From positions 8,323-72,322 of the forward strand of contig DASZHO010000200.1 in the NCBI GenBank assembly GCA_035937795.1: a stretch of 64,000 nt of DNA, in the 5' to 3' direction. Within the stretch, counting starts at the first letter, position 1. Each line of letters opens with the position of its first letter. The translations under genes were made by a program, and so were the position numbers. The notes beneath the pieces are model-generated. The model was not told where the DNA came from. It saw nothing but the letters and a program-made list of their open reading frames with translations, and did no database searches. This stretch comes from Vicinamibacterales bacterium. Its GTDB lineage: Bacteria; Acidobacteriota; Vicinamibacteria; Vicinamibacterales; JAMQPK01. Below, piece after piece: positions 19,142-27,031 of this stretch.

Positions 19142-20701
19142 CTAGTCGAGAGGGCAGAAGTAGACGCCGTCGATGATCGGTTTCGCGTCGCCGCAAGCCG
19201 TCCGCGAGATTTTGACGGCCACGTCGCGATGAGAGGCCACTTCCTGGTCGTAGGAATGAATCCGCCGGAAATCGTCAGCGGCCACCACGATTCGCTCGTT
19301 GGTGAAGAACGTGATGTAGTACGCGATCCAATAATCGGACACCGCGTAACGAATATCGCGAGCGTCGAGCGCACGAATGATGAGGATCTTGTCGGCGATT
19401 CGAGGATGATGGCTGTATACACTGTAGATGCGCGCGTGCGCGACGCCCGAGACGAGAGCCCAGCATAGCAGCACGGCGATCTCGGTTCGCCGGATCCACG
19501 GCCGCGATTCCACCGACAAGCCCCAGGCGGCCAGCCCCACGGCGCCCACAAGGGAGAGCAGGTCGTAGCGCAAGACCGTCACATCACCACACCGGCTGAC
19601 CGCGATCGCAAGTGCCGAAATGGCGCCGACCAGGATGAGATACGCGCAGAATTCGTATCGCGTCCACCAGTCGGCGCGCCGGCTCGCGTGCGCGATAATG
19701 CGCGCCGCAAACAGCACCATTGTCGCTCCGAGCACGATTCCGCTCCACGCGAGCCCTTGGCGTGAATCGCTTTCGAGCCCGAGGTCGAGAACGGGCAGTG
19801 GTGCCGTCCCGAACAGCCGTGACCAGTGCACGGTGACAAGGCTCGCCACGCCGCCGAGTACCGTGCCGGGATCGAAACAGAATTTACCGATCGCTTCGAT
19901 CAGGTCGTTTCCGCGTAAGGTGATCATGCTGGCGTCGGTACCGGGTCCGGCGGCCGACGCCCACTGCCGGAGGAATTGCGAGACGAGCCACACCTCGGCG
20001 ACCACGCGCAACACCTGAAAGGCGCCGACGAGCTCGGCCTTGGCTTTGCCGCGCCAGCGTCCGCTGATGAGCTCCAGCAACACAATCGCAAGCGCGCCAT
20101 AGGCGGTGAATTCGCGATGCAGAAAGCCCACGCCGAGTACGACGCCGAACCACACTGGGCGCGTCCGCAGCAGCCAGAGCAGGAGCACGTAGAGGAACGG
20201 CTCGACGTTCCCGCCGCTCGCGGCGAGCAGTTCCGCGGCGGTGCCGGGCGGGGCGAGTACGAAGAACAAGCTGGCGATGAGCGCCAAGGTCGGACTGAGG
20301 CCGCTTTCCCGATACAGCAGCGTGACGAGCAGCAAGCCGATCGCCACGTTGATGACGAGGAGCGGCAATTTGAGCGCCGCCACCGACACGCCGGCGACGA
20401 GAAACACGGGCGCGGCCAGCCAGGCCTCGACCCCCAGAAGGTAGTTCTGCCCGTAGATGAAGAGCGGAAACGCCCGGCCTTGGATGAGATGCTTTGCCAT
20501 AAGACCGATCACGCCCTGATCGGCGTGAAACGCCAGTTGCGGCTGAAACACGATCATCGCCGAGCGGAAGGCGATCAGTACGAACGCCGCGGACCACGCA
20601 AGAACAAGCCCGCGCGGCACGCGAGTGAAGCCTCCAGCGGGATCATCCGATAAGACTCCGTGGGCAGGTACCGTCGCGGCCGGCATGGGCAGGAGAATCA
20701 T
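19142..20701 (-). CDS. Polytopic membrane protein, ArnT/GT39-83-like (inference)
   Basis: ATG 20701 with AAGGAA 7 nt upstream. ADQGVIGLMAKHL...IYGQNYLLGVEAWLAAPVF resembles N-terminal regions of ArnT-type enzymes (from memory, unverified). Confidence 0.6.
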   Translation of the reverse strand: MILLPMPAATVPAHGVLSDDPAGGFTRVPRGLVLAWSAAFVLIAFRSAMIVFQPQLAFHADQGVIGLMAKHLIQGRAFPLFIYGQNYLLGVEAWLAAPVFLVAGVSVAALKLPLLVINVAIGLLLVTLLYRESGLSPTLALIASLFFVLAPPGTAAELLAASGGNVEPFLYVLLLWLLRTRPVWFGVVLGVGFLHREFTAYGALAIVLLELISGRWRGKAKAELVGAFQVLRVVAEVWLVSQFLRQWASAAGPGTDASMITLRGNDLIEAIGKFCFDPGTVLGGVASLVTVHWSRLFGTAPLPVLDLGLESDSRQGLAWSGIVLGATMVLFAARIIAHASRRADWWTRYEFCAYLILVGAISALAIAVSRCGDVTVLRYDLLSLVGAVGLAAWGLSVESRPWIRRTEIAVLLCWALVSGVAHARIYSVYSHHPRIADKILIIRALDARDIRYAVSDYWIAYYITFFTNERIVVAADDFRRIHSYDQEVASHRDVAVKISRTACGDAKPIIDGVYFCPLD

Positions 20702-20712
20702 GCATTAGTTCC

Positions 20713-20741
20713 TTGACAGCCACCAGCCGAACGCGTACTAT
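20713..20741 (+). promoter_or_regulatory. Near-consensus sigma-70-type promoter for the lipoprotein gene at 20866
   Basis: TTGACA (20713-20718), 17-nt spacer, TACTAT (20736-20741). Confidence 0.5.
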
Positions 20742-20812
20742 TTGCCAACCTTCCCGGGCAAGCGACGAGCCTCCCAGCACTGTCGCACGTGATCAGCCGA
20801 GCGGCGTTCCTT

Positions 20813-20834
20813 GTGAAGGCGGAGTCGCCTTCAC
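20813..20834 (+). promoter_or_regulatory. Perfect 9-bp-stem hairpin in the predicted 5' UTR
   Basis: GTGAAGGCG (20813-20821), loop GAGT, CGCCTTCAC (20826-20834). No U-tract follows. Confidence 0.4.
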
Positions 20835-20865
20835 TCACCAACAATTCGTCACACGTTCTCTTGCG

Positions 20866-21921
20866 ATGGGAGCCATGAAACACAAATTTGCGCCCGGCCT
20901 TGTCACGTTTGCGGTGGCGGCGATCACCACCGCGTGCTCGAGCAGCAATCCACTCCAGCCGACGAACTCGTCGGCGGCATCCACGTCGGTCTCATTTGTC
21001 GCGCCGCACGCGACGACGCCGGCAGGCGACTCGCAGATCCCGTGGAGAAGCCAGCCGATCACCATCACGGTCGCCAACGGAGCCGCCACGGCGAGCGGCG
21101 CTTCAACCTACACAATTGAGGTGGCCACCGACGCCGGCTTCAGCAACATCGTCTTCTCGAACGGCAACGTTCCGCAGGGAAGCGGTGGCCAGACGGGTCT
21201 GGCGATCGGCACGCTTCCGGGCGACACCACCTACCACTGGCGAGTCAGAGTAACGACCGGCGGTGTCACCGGTCCGAATTCGGCGGCGAGTGCGTTCTCG
21301 ATCGGAACTCAACCTACCGTGCAGACGCCCGCGCCGTTGTCTCCTGGCCAGAACGGGATGGGCGCGTCCCCAACGACGACACTGACGACGCAGAACGCTC
21401 AGACGTCCGGCCCCGTAGGTGCGATCGTGTATCGATTCCAGGTCGCCGATTCGTCGGCATTCACAAATATTGTGTTTGATAGCACGACTGCGCAGCAGTC
21501 GGGCGACCAGACGTCCATCGCGGTGACCGCCAGATTGACGGAGGGCGCGACATACTACTGGCGCGTTCAGGCCATCGATTCAACTGACGGTATTACGACA
21601 TCCTTCTCGACGGTTTTTGCGTTCCAGATGCCCGTTGGTGTGCTCTTCGATCATCCGTGGACCGGCAGGGTGGAGACCGTCTTACACGATCTGCTCGCCA
21701 GCGGCCTCGCCGGGCCGGATGGTTCGAACGGGCAGGCCGTCGTCGACCAGATGAACGCGATGGGCGGTATTTTTGCGGGCGCTGTCTTCCAGCCGCATCA
21801 CAACGGAATCGGAGACCCCACCTTCGGCTTCGGATGGTTCTACGTGTCGTTCGTTCCGATCGGCAACGGGACAAGCTTCTATCAGATCGTCGAATATGGG
21901 GCGCCGCCATTCGGCGACTAA
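20866..21921 (+). CDS. Lipoprotein P1: Ser/Thr/Pro linker, two 'YYW' repeat modules, conserved C-terminal domain (unknown function)
   Basis: ATG 20866 (the ORF opens at 20713, across the promoter). MGAMKHKFAPGLVTFAVAAITTAC is a signal peptide with a lipobox-like Cys. Two ~95-aa repeats end in TYHWRVRV and TYYWRVQA. The last 93 aa are conserved with 32881..34038. Confidence 0.75.
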   Translation: MGAMKHKFAPGLVTFAVAAITTACSSSNPLQPTNSSAASTSVSFVAPHATTPAGDSQIPWRSQPITITVANGAATASGASTYTIEVATDAGFSNIVFSNGNVPQGSGGQTGLAIGTLPGDTTYHWRVRVTTGGVTGPNSAASAFSIGTQPTVQTPAPLSPGQNGMGASPTTTLTTQNAQTSGPVGAIVYRFQVADSSAFTNIVFDSTTAQQSGDQTSIAVTARLTEGATYYWRVQAIDSTDGITTSFSTVFAFQMPVGVLFDHPWTGRVETVLHDLLASGLAGPDGSNGQAVVDQMNAMGGIFAGAVFQPHHNGIGDPTFGFGWFYVSFVPIGNGTSFYQIVEYGAPPFGD

Positions 21922-21930
21922 CGGAGCCCG

Positions 21931-22009
21931 CGTTCGGGCGGCCGCCTGCTGCGAGCACCTCGCGGCAGACGGCCGGCTCGAACGGCCCGGCGGGATAGAG
22001 ATCGGCGAC
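21931..22009 (-). pseudogene. Relic of a second xylose-isomerase-like TIM-barrel gene (paralogue of 23971..24774)
   Basis: Blocks of 11 nt, 28 nt (21953-21980 identical to 24310-24337) and 17/18 nt are colinear with 24288-24396. The minus-strand translation VADLYPAGPFEPAVCREVLAAGGRPN aligns in frame with VADLHPDLLFLFENHDGASSEPAVCREVLLAADRPN. Confidence 0.6.
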
Positions 22010-22159
22010 CTTCTTTCGACCTGCCTTTCATTTTCTATTTCCATAAAATAAAGGGGCCTTGTGGACATTGTTTCGAAATAATTGCGCCACCCATGATAAT
22101 CCATGCTATCCTTGCGCCATTCGTGGCTTCAGGGTCCTCCTGTTTGACCAGACAACGCA

Positions 22160-22699
22160 TTGGCTTCTGAACAACGGGCGCGAGGATCGCGCCGGCGGGG
22201 ACGGCCTCCGAAGTTCGACCGGCCGAGCCAGCTTGTCGCGCTCACGCTGCCCACGCAAGTGATCCGGGGGCTGCGAAAGGTTCACTCCGATTTGGCGTGG
22301 GCCATCGTGGCGCAATTCGAAAAACGCGCGCCGACGAGCAACGGCAACCCCGGCGCGGAAAGCGGGCTGGTCAGCATCGGGCCACGCGATGCGTTCCTGA
22401 TCGTGATCAATCGAGCGCTCTTCAAGCGGCTTCCCGGCGTGAATATCGTGCCTCTGAGCGCCGATCGCGCGTTTCTGGCTCTTGAGCCCGGATGCGGTTT
22501 CAGCGATTTGGAAGTGGCAGTCAGGGATCGGCTGGAGAGCTCGGCCGTCGCTGCGTCGGAGCGCCGCGCATTGCTGCATTTCCGCAAACAACTTCGCGCG
22601 TGGCGGCGCAATCGGGCACTCCGTTTCCACACTCGCACAATCATCGTAGTCGAGCGCTTACGCTCTCACGAGCGGAGGAGCGAGAGGCAGGAATCATGA
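22160..22699 (+). CDS. Small Arg-rich protein of unknown function, translationally coupled to lipoprotein P2
   Basis: TTG 22160. N-terminus RARGSRRRGRPPKFDRP. Third-position G+C is about 74% in my hand count of the first 50 codons (coding-like). The stop overlaps the downstream ATG (ATGA, 22696-22699). No family recognised. Confidence 0.55.
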   Translation: MASEQRARGSRRRGRPPKFDRPSQLVALTLPTQVIRGLRKVHSDLAWAIVAQFEKRAPTSNGNPGAESGLVSIGPRDAFLIVINRALFKRLPGVNIVPLSADRAFLALEPGCGFSDLEVAVRDRLESSAVAASERRALLHFRKQLRAWRRNRALRFHTRTIIVVERLRSHERRSERQES

Positions 22700-23886
22700 C
22701 GACAGACACTCATTTCATGCGGCGGCGTCCTTTGGCTCCGGTCACGCCTCAGCGCGTCCTGAAGCAAGTCCTCTCTCTGACGGCCGCAGCGTGGTTGCTC
22801 GCGTCGGTGGCCTGTTCGAGCACTCCGTTGGCGCCCGCCGCGTCGGTCTCCACGCCGACCGCGCAGGCGCCGGCAAGCGGCGCGCAGATCGCGAACAGTG
22901 CGCAGCCGGTCACACTGGTCGTGCAAAACGCCACCGTGACCCAGAGCGCCACCGCCGTGACCTACAACTTCGAAGTCGCGGCCGACGCGGCATTCGCCAC
23001 CAAGGTGCAGACCAAACCCGGCGTGGCCGCGGGCAGCGGCGGACAGACCAGCATCACCCTCGATCCCTTGCCCGCGAGCGCGAGTTACTACTGGCACGCG
23101 CAGGCGATTGCCGGCGGCACGACGGGCCCCTTCAGCGCCACCGCTAATTTCACGATTGGGTCGGCGATAACCATCAATGCGCCGGCGGCCGTCGCCCCCG
23201 CGAACGGCTCGACCGTGATCAACCCCCCGACCCTGACCGTCGCCAATGCGATGCGCACGGGGCCGGTCGGCGTACTCGCGTACCGCTTCGATATTTCTAC
23301 GAACGCGGATTTCTCGACCCTCACCACGCAGGGGAGCGTCGGCGAGGGGGCCGGCCAGCAGACCTCATTCACGCCGGGCTCGCCCCTTGCGAACGGTGTG
23401 AAGTTCTACTGGCGCGCGACCGCGATCGACCAGATCAACCTGGTGACGAGCCCGGCGAGCGCCACCGCAACCTTCACGACGATCCAGTTCCCGGGTGTGG
23501 CGGCGGGCATCGCCGCTAGACTGGGTATCCTCCTCTGGCCGGGCGCTGTGCCGACCGGCGTCAATGGGCATGCCTTTCTTGGTAATAACTGCAATGGAAG
23601 CCCTAACTGGGCAATCGCGACCTGTCATTCCCCCACCGCCGGCGTCGACTTCCAGAGTCCGACGATCGAAATGCTCCGGGTTTTCGATCTGCTTGATCGA
23701 GGTTACGATCCACAAAGCGCCATCAATTGGATGTTCAACAACGGCTATCCAACGTCGGCCGCATGGTATCCATATCCGAAGTTCGTCATCGGTTTTCCGT
23801 TTGTCTATATCTCCGCCCGCGACGGGAATTTCGGCACAGGGGGGATTTGGGACGTCCAGATTAGCCTGGGATTGAGAGAGTGGTAG
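22696..23886 (+). CDS. Lipoprotein P2: two 'YYW' repeat modules and a divergent Cys-containing C-terminal domain
   Basis: ATG 22696 preceded by GAGGAGCGAGAGG. ...LTAAAWLLASVAC is a signal peptide with lipobox-like Cys. Repeats end SYYWHAQA and KFYWRATA. Confidence 0.75.
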   Translation: MTTDTHFMRRRPLAPVTPQRVLKQVLSLTAAAWLLASVACSSTPLAPAASVSTPTAQAPASGAQIANSAQPVTLVVQNATVTQSATAVTYNFEVAADAAFATKVQTKPGVAAGSGGQTSITLDPLPASASYYWHAQAIAGGTTGPFSATANFTIGSAITINAPAAVAPANGSTVINPPTLTVANAMRTGPVGVLAYRFDISTNADFSTLTTQGSVGEGAGQQTSFTPGSPLANGVKFYWRATAIDQINLVTSPASATATFTTIQFPGVAAGIAARLGILLWPGAVPTGVNGHAFLGNNCNGSPNWAIATCHSPTAGVDFQSPTIEMLRVFDLLDRGYDPQSAINWMFNNGYPTSAAWYPYPKFVIGFPFVYISARDGNFGTGGIWDVQISLGLREW

Positions 23887-23970
23887 CTGCGGCCTCGACG
23901 AGCGCCAGGCCGGCGCGCACGCGGCCCGGTCCGGCGCCCGCAATCGGGATTGGCCTCGTTTGCGGCCGTC

Positions 23971-24774
23971 TCAGACGACTGCGGCGCCGTCAGAGGGGCT
24001 TGCGAGAGCCGCGACCGTCGCCCTCGCGCATTTCAGGCCTTCGTAGAGCCGCAGCGTCCGGTCGAAGCGTCCTTCGTACTCCGCGGTGAAGCCGCCACGG
24101 TAGCCGCCGGCGATCAGCGCCTTCACCATCGGCTTCAAATCGACGTCGCCGGCCCCAAACTCACAGAAGCCCTCGGCCTCCATTCCCTTGAGGTGGACGT
24201 GGGCGATGAGCGGCCGCAGCATGGTCAAAGCATCCATCGCACGTACGCCGGCGTGCTCGAAATTGATCGGGTCGAAGTTGAGACCGACGTTCGGGCGGTC
24301 GGCCGCCAGGAGCACCTCGCGGCAGACGGCCGGCTCGGACGACGCGCCGTCGTGGTTTTCGAATAGGAAGAGCAGATCGGGATGGAGATCGGCGACTCGT
24401 TGGATGTTGGCCGCGATCGTCTCGCGCGCCGCCTCCGAGTACGCCTCCTTCGTCAGACGGCCGAAAAATAGCCGAAGACGATCGACCCCGAACTGCCGCA
24501 CCAGCGCGACCTGACGCGCGACTGATGTGAACGTCTCTTCGATCTTTGGGGCTGAATCAAAGAAATCACACCAACCGCCCGACACGACCCACACGCGCTG
24601 GCCGTTCGCCTCGAGCGCTCGCACGACCTCCTCTGGCGGTTGCCCGGCCTCGACCATGTGGCTCAGGTTCAAGTCCAGATCGAGCAGACCGAGGCGCGCG
24701 AATATCTCCAGCGTCGGCACGAGTGGTTCGTGTTTGTGCGACGTGGTCGAGGGGAGGACCTGCAGTGGCCGCAT
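23971..24774 (-). CDS. Sugar phosphate isomerase/epimerase (xylose-isomerase-like TIM barrel)
   Basis: ATG 24774 shares one nucleotide with the upstream stop (TGATG); the ORF track opens at 25218 inside the neighbour. FENHDGASSEPAVCREVL...VGLNFDPINFEHAG...AHVHLKG. Confidence 0.8.
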   Translation of the reverse strand: MRPLQVLPSTTSHKHEPLVPTLEIFARLGLLDLDLNLSHMVEAGQPPEEVVRALEANGQRVWVVSGGWCDFFDSAPKIEETFTSVARQVALVRQFGVDRLRLFFGRLTKEAYSEAARETIAANIQRVADLHPDLLFLFENHDGASSEPAVCREVLLAADRPNVGLNFDPINFEHAGVRAMDALTMLRPLIAHVHLKGMEAEGFCEFGAGDVDLKPMVKALIAGGYRGGFTAEYEGRFDRTLRLYEGLKCARATVAALASPSDGAAVV

Positions 24775-26066
24775 CAGACGGGATCGAACTCGAGGCTCTT
24801 GAGATACGCGGAGTTGACCGTCTCGGGCATACCCCAGTACTTGAATTCGGCGTGCCGGCCGACATATCGGAGGTTGGAAATTTTCTTGCCGCGCTCGAGG
24901 TATGCGTAATAGGTCCCGAAAGCCTGCTGGGATTGCTGCGGGTAGGCTTTTTCGGTGAACAGGTTCTGATCGAGCGCGTAGTCGATCGTGTTTTTCGGGA
25001 AGCACTTGGCCGCGCCTGGCAGAACCGGCACTTCGATGAGAATCAGCGTGTCGGGACTCTCGTGCCTGGTGATCGCCTTCATCTCCGTCACACGCGTTTG
25101 AAACTCGCACGACGAATAGTGCAATGACTCCGCGCCTTCGGGAAACGCGCTCTCGAGGCCGGGAATCAGGAGCGGAATCATCATGCGGCCCGTGTAGGGA
25201 AGCGTGTCCTCGCCCCACAGCTCATCGATATCGATCGAGCTGAATACGGTATGGTAGTCGGCGAAGTAGTGTTTCTGGCCGCTCGCCAGCAGCACGTGCG
25301 GCCGTTTGTGCTCGTCCTGGATGCCGACGACGCGATCGCGGACCACCACGCACTTCTCGACCATGGCATTCCAGACCGAGTTCCAGCCGCCTTTGGGATA
25401 GACCTGAAAGCGAATGCCCTTGCCAAGCGTGTGGTCTTCGAACTTGATCGGATCGTACCCGCGCAACCCGCGAGCGGCGGTCTGTTCGCCGCTCTTGGAG
25501 TACGCGTGATGGAACCGATCGGCCCAGACCATGGAGGTCTGAAGCTCGTCGCCGGGGATGTTCCACATCTTCCAGGTATAGTTCATCATGAACTTCCGGT
25601 AGAGCGTCTCACCGATCGCCTCCGTGAAGTAATCGGCGAACGTGCACTGGCCGAGTTCCGGCAACTGGCTGTCGATCAGCTTGTGCGACGCATCACGGTT
25701 CCTGGCGAGCTCGCGATGAATCGTCTCGCGCTCCGGCATCTCCTCAATGTCCTGATAGTGCACCGGATAGCGGTACTTCCGCCGATCGGCCTCGACGTAC
25801 GTGAAAAGTCGGCGATCGATGTAGAACAGCTCGTCGTTGGTGAGCTTGACGATCGTCTGATTGATCGGGTCGTCCTTGCCTCCGGGCCAGAACCAGATGT
25901 GCGGCCCGAACTCGTAGGGATGGCCGCTGTAGTAGCACGTGCGCGCCAGCCCGCCGACTCGGCTGTTCTTCTCGACGAGGGTGATCTCGTAGCCCTTCTC
26001 CGAGAGGTAGAACGCCATCGAGGACCCCGCCACGCCGCCGCCCAGTATCAGTACCTTCTTGTTCAC
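24774..26066 (-). CDS. FAD-dependent UDP-galactopyranose-mutase-like flavoenzyme
   Basis: GTG 26066 with AAGGAAGG 4 nt upstream (the ORF track opens at 26120 inside the upstream gene). KKVLILGGGVAGSSMAFYLSEKGYEITLVEKNSRVGG is a Rossmann FAD motif. YTWKMWNIPGDEL and VGRHAEFKYWGM resemble the Glf family from memory. Confidence 0.7.
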   Translation of the reverse strand: MNKKVLILGGGVAGSSMAFYLSEKGYEITLVEKNSRVGGLARTCYYSGHPYEFGPHIWFWPGGKDDPINQTIVKLTNDELFYIDRRLFTYVEADRRKYRYPVHYQDIEEMPERETIHRELARNRDASHKLIDSQLPELGQCTFADYFTEAIGETLYRKFMMNYTWKMWNIPGDELQTSMVWADRFHHAYSKSGEQTAARGLRGYDPIKFEDHTLGKGIRFQVYPKGGWNSVWNAMVEKCVVVRDRVVGIQDEHKRPHVLLASGQKHYFADYHTVFSSIDIDELWGEDTLPYTGRMMIPLLIPGLESAFPEGAESLHYSSCEFQTRVTEMKAITRHESPDTLILIEVPVLPGAAKCFPKNTIDYALDQNLFTEKAYPQQSQQAFGTYYAYLERGKKISNLRYVGRHAEFKYWGMPETVNSAYLKSLEFDPV

Positions 26067-26077
26067 GCTGCCTTCCT

Positions 26078-27031
26078 TTACGCCAGAGCGAGCTGTTTCA
26101 TCCATTTGACGTTGTAGCACGCCGCCTCGTCCTTGATGCGGCCGCCATGGTAAGCCGCCACCATCTCGCGGATAGCCGTCTCCACATCCTTTTTCGGGTG
26201 AAAGCCCGCCGACAGCAGGCGGTCGGAGCAGATCGCGTACGATCGCGGATCGTCGGACGGGAGCAACTTGACCTCGGCCGACACGTAGCGGCGCACCAGC
26301 GCGGCGATGTCGCTCACCTTCAGATTCTCGAAGCCCGCGTTGTAGATCCCGGCGAGGCGGTGCTCGAGCGCAAATAGATACACATCGACAAGATCATCGA
26401 TGTGGATGTTCGGGCGGGTTTGCTCGCCGCCGAGCACCGTGATGCGGCCCGTTCCGAGCGCCTGCATCGTGAGCAGGTTGACCACGACGTCCAGGCGCAT
26501 TCGTGGCGAATAGCCGCAGACGGTTGCAGGACGGATGATCGTCGTCGTCATGGCGCCGGCATAACTCATGTACACGCGCTCGGCGACCATCTTCGTCTTG
26601 TTGTACTCGGAAAGCGGAAACAATTCGAGATCCTCGGTCACGCGAGGCTCCGATTTCACGCCGTACACGCTCGCCGAGGATGCGAAGACGAACTGTTTCA
26701 CACCGTGGCGCGCAGCCCGGTCGGCCAGGCGCATCCCGGCAAGGACGTTCACGTCCCACGAGAGATAGGGATTGAGATCGACGGACGGATCGTTGGCGAT
26801 GTTGGCCAGGTGAAAGACCGTGTCGAACGTCGAGAGGTCGTAGTCGTCTATCGTGCGCACGTCGGCGGTCCAGAACGTCAACCTTGGATCGGACGGCAGG
26901 TGGTTGCCGAACCATTGCGTGTCCAGAATGGTGACCCGGTGTGGCGTGTGGGCCAGGAGCGCCTGCGTCAGCATCGTGCCGACGTACCCGCAGCCGCCAG
27001 TCACAAGAATGTTCACGGGCGCGCCAATCAA
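26078..27031 (-). CDS. NAD-dependent epimerase/dehydratase (extended SDR)
   Basis: NILVTGGCGYVGTMLTQALL (GxxGxxG) and SEYNKTK (YxxxK). TTG 27031 overlaps the upstream stop (TTGA); GTG 27016 is an alternative. Confidence 0.85.
   Translation of the reverse strand: MIGAPVNILVTGGCGYVGTMLTQALLAHTPHRVTILDTQWFGNHLPSDPRLTFWTADVRTIDDYDLSTFDTVFHLANIANDPSVDLNPYLSWDVNVLAGMRLADRAARHGVKQFVFASSASVYGVKSEPRVTEDLELFPLSEYNKTKMVAERVYMSYAGAMTTTIIRPATVCGYSPRMRLDVVVNLLTMQALGTGRITVLGGEQTRPNIHIDDLVDVYLFALEHRLAGIYNAGFENLKVSDIAALVRRYVSAEVKLLPSDDPRSYAICSDRLLSAGFHPKKDVETAIREMVAAYHGGRIKDEAACYNVKWMKQLALA

Noticed and set aside
21640-21918. Diversity-generating retroelement (template/variable repeat) explanation for the P1/P3 C-terminal similarity
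   Set aside because: There is no reverse transcriptase gene in the window. The nucleotide differences between the two copies involve all four bases rather than adenine positions only.
21682-22104. 140-aa minus-strand ORF between P1 and the small-protein gene
   Set aside because: It is a composite of antisense P1 3' end, the isomerase relic read partly out of frame, and AT-rich spacer. Only the ~26-codon relic shows homology.
22106-22630. 174-aa minus-strand ORF antisense to 22160..22699
   Set aside because: The plus-strand frame has coding-like third-position GC and is translationally coupled to the downstream lipoprotein gene. I could not find support for the antisense frame. Neither frame has a recognised family, so this choice carries moderate uncertainty.
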